Notes under the pieces: generated by a model
Database searches by the model: none
Told to the model about the DNA's origin: nothing
Seen by the model: the letters and a program-made list of their open reading frames with translations, nothing else
Assembly (NCBI RefSeq): GCF_000026545.1
Contig: NC_011601.1
Reading direction: 5' to 3' (one strand)
Length of the DNA stretch: 64,000 bases
Source of the DNA: Escherichia coli O127:H6 str. E2348/69
Lineage (GTDB): Bacteria > Pseudomonadota > Gammaproteobacteria > Enterobacterales > Enterobacteriaceae
Program-made: the position numbers and the translations under genes
Shown here: piece by piece, positions 60,663 to 64,000 of the stretch
Numbering within the stretch: the stretch's first letter is position 1
How the letters are laid out: every line of letters starts with the position of its first letter

Positions 60663-61511
60663 TCATGCTCCGTCTGGTTGCCAGCCATCCGTATACCAGA
60701 TATGCAACAACGCATAAGAACGCCAGGGTTTCCAGCGCTCGGCATAACGGCGGATTTGTGCCGGCGTCATTCCCGGAAATCGCTGTTTAATCAGATAATC
60801 ATCCGGCAGAAAAACATCTTTCGCCTGCCAGCCACGCAAAGCAAAATAATTTGCAGTCCAGCGCCCGATACCCGGAAAGGTTTGCAGCGTTTTCATCGCT
60901 TGTTCTACGTCGCCCGGTATTGTCATTGGTAAGGTGCCCTCCAGCGCCGCATTTGCCAGATGAATCAGCGCCTCTGCCCGTTTCAACGGCATACCTAACG
61001 CTTTTAATGCCTGCGGGTCGGCTACTGCCAGCCGCTGAGGCGTGGGGAAGCAGACATAATCCGGAAAATCATCCAGCCGTTCGCCATAAAGCTGTACCAC
61101 TTTGGCAGTCAATTTTGCCGCTATCGCCACGCTCACCAGTTGGCCTAAAATCGCCCGCACGCCCTGCTCAAAAGCGTCAACACAACCAGGTAAACGCAAT
61201 CCTGGCCGCGCCGCGCCTAACTTGCCCAACGCACCGTTAACAATCTGCGGGTTACATTGCAGATCAAACAGGCGGCTCATTTTCGCCAGACACTCTGCGG
61301 CAACGGGTTCTAAACCTGCACTTAAATTTATGTGCAGAGTATTGCGGGCTATATCCGGAATAGCAGTCACCACGCCGCGATATTCGCCCACCGTCAGACT
61401 ACGGGCATAATAATCGTCCGCAACCGTTTCAACACCGCTCACCGCACGGGCGGCGAGAAATCCCAACATCCACGACCAGTCATATGGCGGCTGCCAGTTC
61501 AGGGTATACAT
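60663..61511 (-). CDS. alkA: 3-methyladenine DNA glycosylase II
   Basis: 282 aa MYTLNWQPPYDWSWMLGFLAARAVSGVETV... Confidence 0.93.
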   Translation of the reverse strand: MYTLNWQPPYDWSWMLGFLAARAVSGVETVADDYYARSLTVGEYRGVVTAIPDIARNTLHINLSAGLEPVAAECLAKMSRLFDLQCNPQIVNGALGKLGAARPGLRLPGCVDAFEQGVRAILGQLVSVAIAAKLTAKVVQLYGERLDDFPDYVCFPTPQRLAVADPQALKALGMPLKRAEALIHLANAALEGTLPMTIPGDVEQAMKTLQTFPGIGRWTANYFALRGWQAKDVFLPDDYLIKQRFPGMTPAQIRRYAERWKPWRSYALLHIWYTDGWQPDGA

Positions 61512-61644
61512 CGCATCTCCTTTTTAATCCGCTTTCAGCATAAACGTTATTCAGACGCTACGCTTTGCTTTCATATTCCGGTTGTCGCGACGGCAACATT
61601 TCGCTAAAGTCTCGCCCCTTCTTCACCGGCATGGGGATTATTTC

Positions 61645-62997
61645 GTGTTTATTGGTTTTGATTACGGTACAGCAAACTGTTCAGTGGCGGTCATGCGCGA
61701 CGGTAAGCCGCAATTACTGAAAATGGAAAACGACAGCACGCTGCTGCCTTCAATGCTTTGCGCGCCAACGCGTGAAGCGGTAAGCGAATGGCTGTACCGC
61801 CATCATGACGTTCCGGCAGACGACGATGAAACGCAGGCGCTGTTACGACGGGCGATTCGTTATAACCGCGAAGAAGATATCGATGTTACGGCGAAAAGCG
61901 TGCAGTTCGGTCTTTCCTCACTGGCACAGTACATTGATGATCCAGAAGAAGTGTGGTTTGTGAAATCACCAAAATCGTTCCTCGGTGCCAGCGGCTTAAA
62001 ACCGCAGCAGGTAGCGCTGTTTGAGGATCTGGTCTGCGCAATGATGTTGCACATTCGCCAACAGGCGCAGGCGCAGCTGCCGGAGGCAATTACTCAGGCG
62101 GTGATTGGTCGCCCGATCAACTTCCAGGGGCTGGGCGGTGATGAAGCAAACACCCAGGCGCAAGGGATTCTGGAACGCGCGGCGAAGCGTGCCGGGTTTA
62201 AGGATGTGGTATTCCAGTACGAGCCGGTCGCGGCTGGGCTGGATTACGAAGCCACCTTGCAGGAAGAAAAACGAGTGCTGGTAGTGGATATCGGCGGTGG
62301 TACGACTGACTGTTCATTGCTGCTGATGGGGCCGCAATGGCGTTCGCGTCTCGATCGTGAAGCCAGCCTGCTGGGTCATAGTGGTTGCCGTATTGGTGGT
62401 AACGATCTGGATATCGCACTGGCGTTTAAGAACCTGATGCCGTTACTGGGCATGGGTGGCGAAACCGAAAAAGGCATCGCCCTGCCGATTCTGCCGTGGT
62501 GGAATGCGGTTGCGATCAACGACGTTCCTGCGCAGAGTGATTTCTACAGTAGTGCTAACGGTCGTCTGCTTAACGATCTGGTACGCGATGCCCGTGAACC
62601 GGAAAAAGTGGCCCTGTTACAGAAAGTCTGGCGTCAGCGTTTAAGCTATCGCCTGGTACGTAGCGCAGAAGAGAGCAAAATTGCGCTTTCAAGCGTAGCG
62701 GAAACCCGCGCCTCACTGCCGTTTATCAGCGATGAACTGGCTACGCTGATTAGCCAGCAAGGGCTGGAAAGCGCCCTCAGCCAGCCACTGGCGCGGATTC
62801 TGGAACAGGTGCAACTGGCGCTGGATAACGCCCAGGAAAAACCGGACGTTATCTATCTGACCGGCGGTAGCGCCCGTTCGCCGCTGATTAAAAAAGCGCT
62901 GGCAGAACAGTTGCCGGGCATTCCGATTGCAGGCGGCGATGACTTTAGCTCCGTCACCGCCGGGCTAGCACGCTGGGCGGAAGTGGTGTTTCGTTAA
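61645..62997 (+). CDS. yegD: Hsp70-family (actin-like ATPase) protein YegD
   Basis: Start taken at GTG 61645 (MFIGFDYGTANCSVAV...), no in-frame ATG upstream; ORF track starts at TTG 61582. Confidence 0.85.
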   Translation: MFIGFDYGTANCSVAVMRDGKPQLLKMENDSTLLPSMLCAPTREAVSEWLYRHHDVPADDDETQALLRRAIRYNREEDIDVTAKSVQFGLSSLAQYIDDPEEVWFVKSPKSFLGASGLKPQQVALFEDLVCAMMLHIRQQAQAQLPEAITQAVIGRPINFQGLGGDEANTQAQGILERAAKRAGFKDVVFQYEPVAAGLDYEATLQEEKRVLVVDIGGGTTDCSLLLMGPQWRSRLDREASLLGHSGCRIGGNDLDIALAFKNLMPLLGMGGETEKGIALPILPWWNAVAINDVPAQSDFYSSANGRLLNDLVRDAREPEKVALLQKVWRQRLSYRLVRSAEESKIALSSVAETRASLPFISDELATLISQQGLESALSQPLARILEQVQLALDNAQEKPDVIYLTGGSARSPLIKKALAEQLPGIPIAGGDDFSSVTAGLARWAEVVFR

Positions 62998-63009
62998 TTG
63001 AAAAATGGC

Positions 63010-64000
63010 TCAGCAACGGCTTAAATCTGCCTGCGCCTGAGCCAGTTTTTCTGCCGCCTGACGTAGCGGTTCCATCAACGGCATGGTCCGTGCTGGCGCA
63101 TGAAGGCGGAATCGCTGCAACTCTGTCGCACCGACAGTTAGCGCCGATTCCAGCCGATGTCGTTTGGCGGCTATTTTTGCCATTACCGCTTGTCTGTCTG
63201 CAGGCGTTATCGCTTCATTCGGCCTGAACACAAAACGGCGTTCACAGCTCGCTTTCCAGTCGATAACCGCCTGGGTCAGATGATCACCAAAACCTTTTAC
63301 TTGCTTAACGCTCCGTCGGGTAACATCCGCTGCTGTTTCAATACCAAAGGACCGTAACGCCGCTTTACGCGCAGGGCCAACGCCGGGAATAGAGGCAACA
63401 TCAATAAAAAATCCCTCCAGAAACTTCTGCTTCTGCCGTTCCCTTGCGATGTCGTGAAGTGCTGCCAGAGCGCGTTTCTCCTCTTCCGGTAACCCGAGAA
63501 TTTCGTCCTTCATTTTTTCGAGCATCGCCCGTTTGGCGATAAAACCTTCCAGCCCGCCCAACTGTTGGATCTGGCTGACTAAATGGTCATAGTCCATTTT
63601 CGCGCGATTAAATGCCTCACGGCGTTGCTGGATTTCTGCTTTATAAGCTTTGCTTGTCAGACTGCCAATAATCCAGATAGCCGCCAGCACAGGAACCAAA
63701 ATAATATAACGCGGTTCTGCCTGAAGGCCGCAAAGCAACAGCGATAACGCTGACAGTGCGATCTCAATCAGAATGATGTATTCACGCCTTAAAAGGCCTA
63801 AAGGAAGCGGCCTGCCAGTCGGTTGAAAATGATCGGGTAATGGCAGTTGCAATGCTGGTGGTGCTACTGACGCCATCACCATCGCCCAGACTTTCGCCAG
63901 CACAAAATTCCCGCCGGTGGTAATGACCTCTTCGCCGAGATCAATAAAATAGATAACGCCTTGATTATCCAGCGCACACCACGGGCAGTCGGTCAAATGA
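63010..64000 (-). CDS. yegI: YegI-like protein, C-terminal portion (gene start lies beyond window end)
   Basis: ORF open to the window edge; stop at 63010-63012; position after yegD as in E. coli; contains a hydrophobic segment and C-terminal helical region. Confidence 0.7.
   Translation of the reverse strand, partial: HLTDCPWCALDNQGVIYFIDLGEEVITTGGNFVLAKVWAMVMASVAPPALQLPLPDHFQPTGRPLPLGLLRREYIILIEIALSALSLLLCGLQAEPRYIILVPVLAAIWIIGSLTSKAYKAEIQQRREAFNRAKMDYDHLVSQIQQLGGLEGFIAKRAMLEKMKDEILGLPEEEKRALAALHDIARERQKQKFLEGFFIDVASIPGVGPARKAALRSFGIETAADVTRRSVKQVKGFGDHLTQAVIDWKASCERRFVFRPNEAITPADRQAVMAKIAAKRHRLESALTVGATELQRFRLHAPARTMPLMEPLRQAAEKLAQAQADLSRC

Overview
This window is an Escherichia coli-type chromosomal segment running from the yefM antitoxin and the complete his operon (hisL attenuator, hisGDCBHAFI), through wzzB-ugd-gnd, a 12-gene O-antigen cluster, galF, an accessory gne epimerase, the full colanic acid locus (wcaM to wcaA, wzc-wzb-wza), and on to yegH, asmA, dcd, udk, an IS-disrupted dgcE (yegE), alkA, yegD and the 3' part of yegI. 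Every large ORF is accounted for by a recognisable family, and I do not see a cryptic defence island or other undescribed multi-gene system. The observations most worth a second look are: (1) an IS50-like insertion sequence that splits the diguanylate cyclase gene dgcE inside a poly-G tract; (2) a mosaic O-antigen cluster whose AT-rich serotype-specific genes (wzx, wzy, three glycosyltransferases, an O-acetyltransferase) are interleaved with GC-rich GDP-fucose genes; (3) a roughly 1.5-kb identical direct repeat of gmd-fcl-gmm, plus a near-identical manB repeat, shared between the O-antigen and colanic acid loci about 17-18 kb apart; (4) a G9 homopolymer inside wzx; (5) an unusually long, structured yegH-asmA intergenic region. 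The O-antigen gene order matches what I recall for fucose-containing O units such as O127, but the serotype cannot be confirmed without a database search. All calls rest on reading the sequence and the supplied ORF track, with no searches run; GC content was judged by eye.
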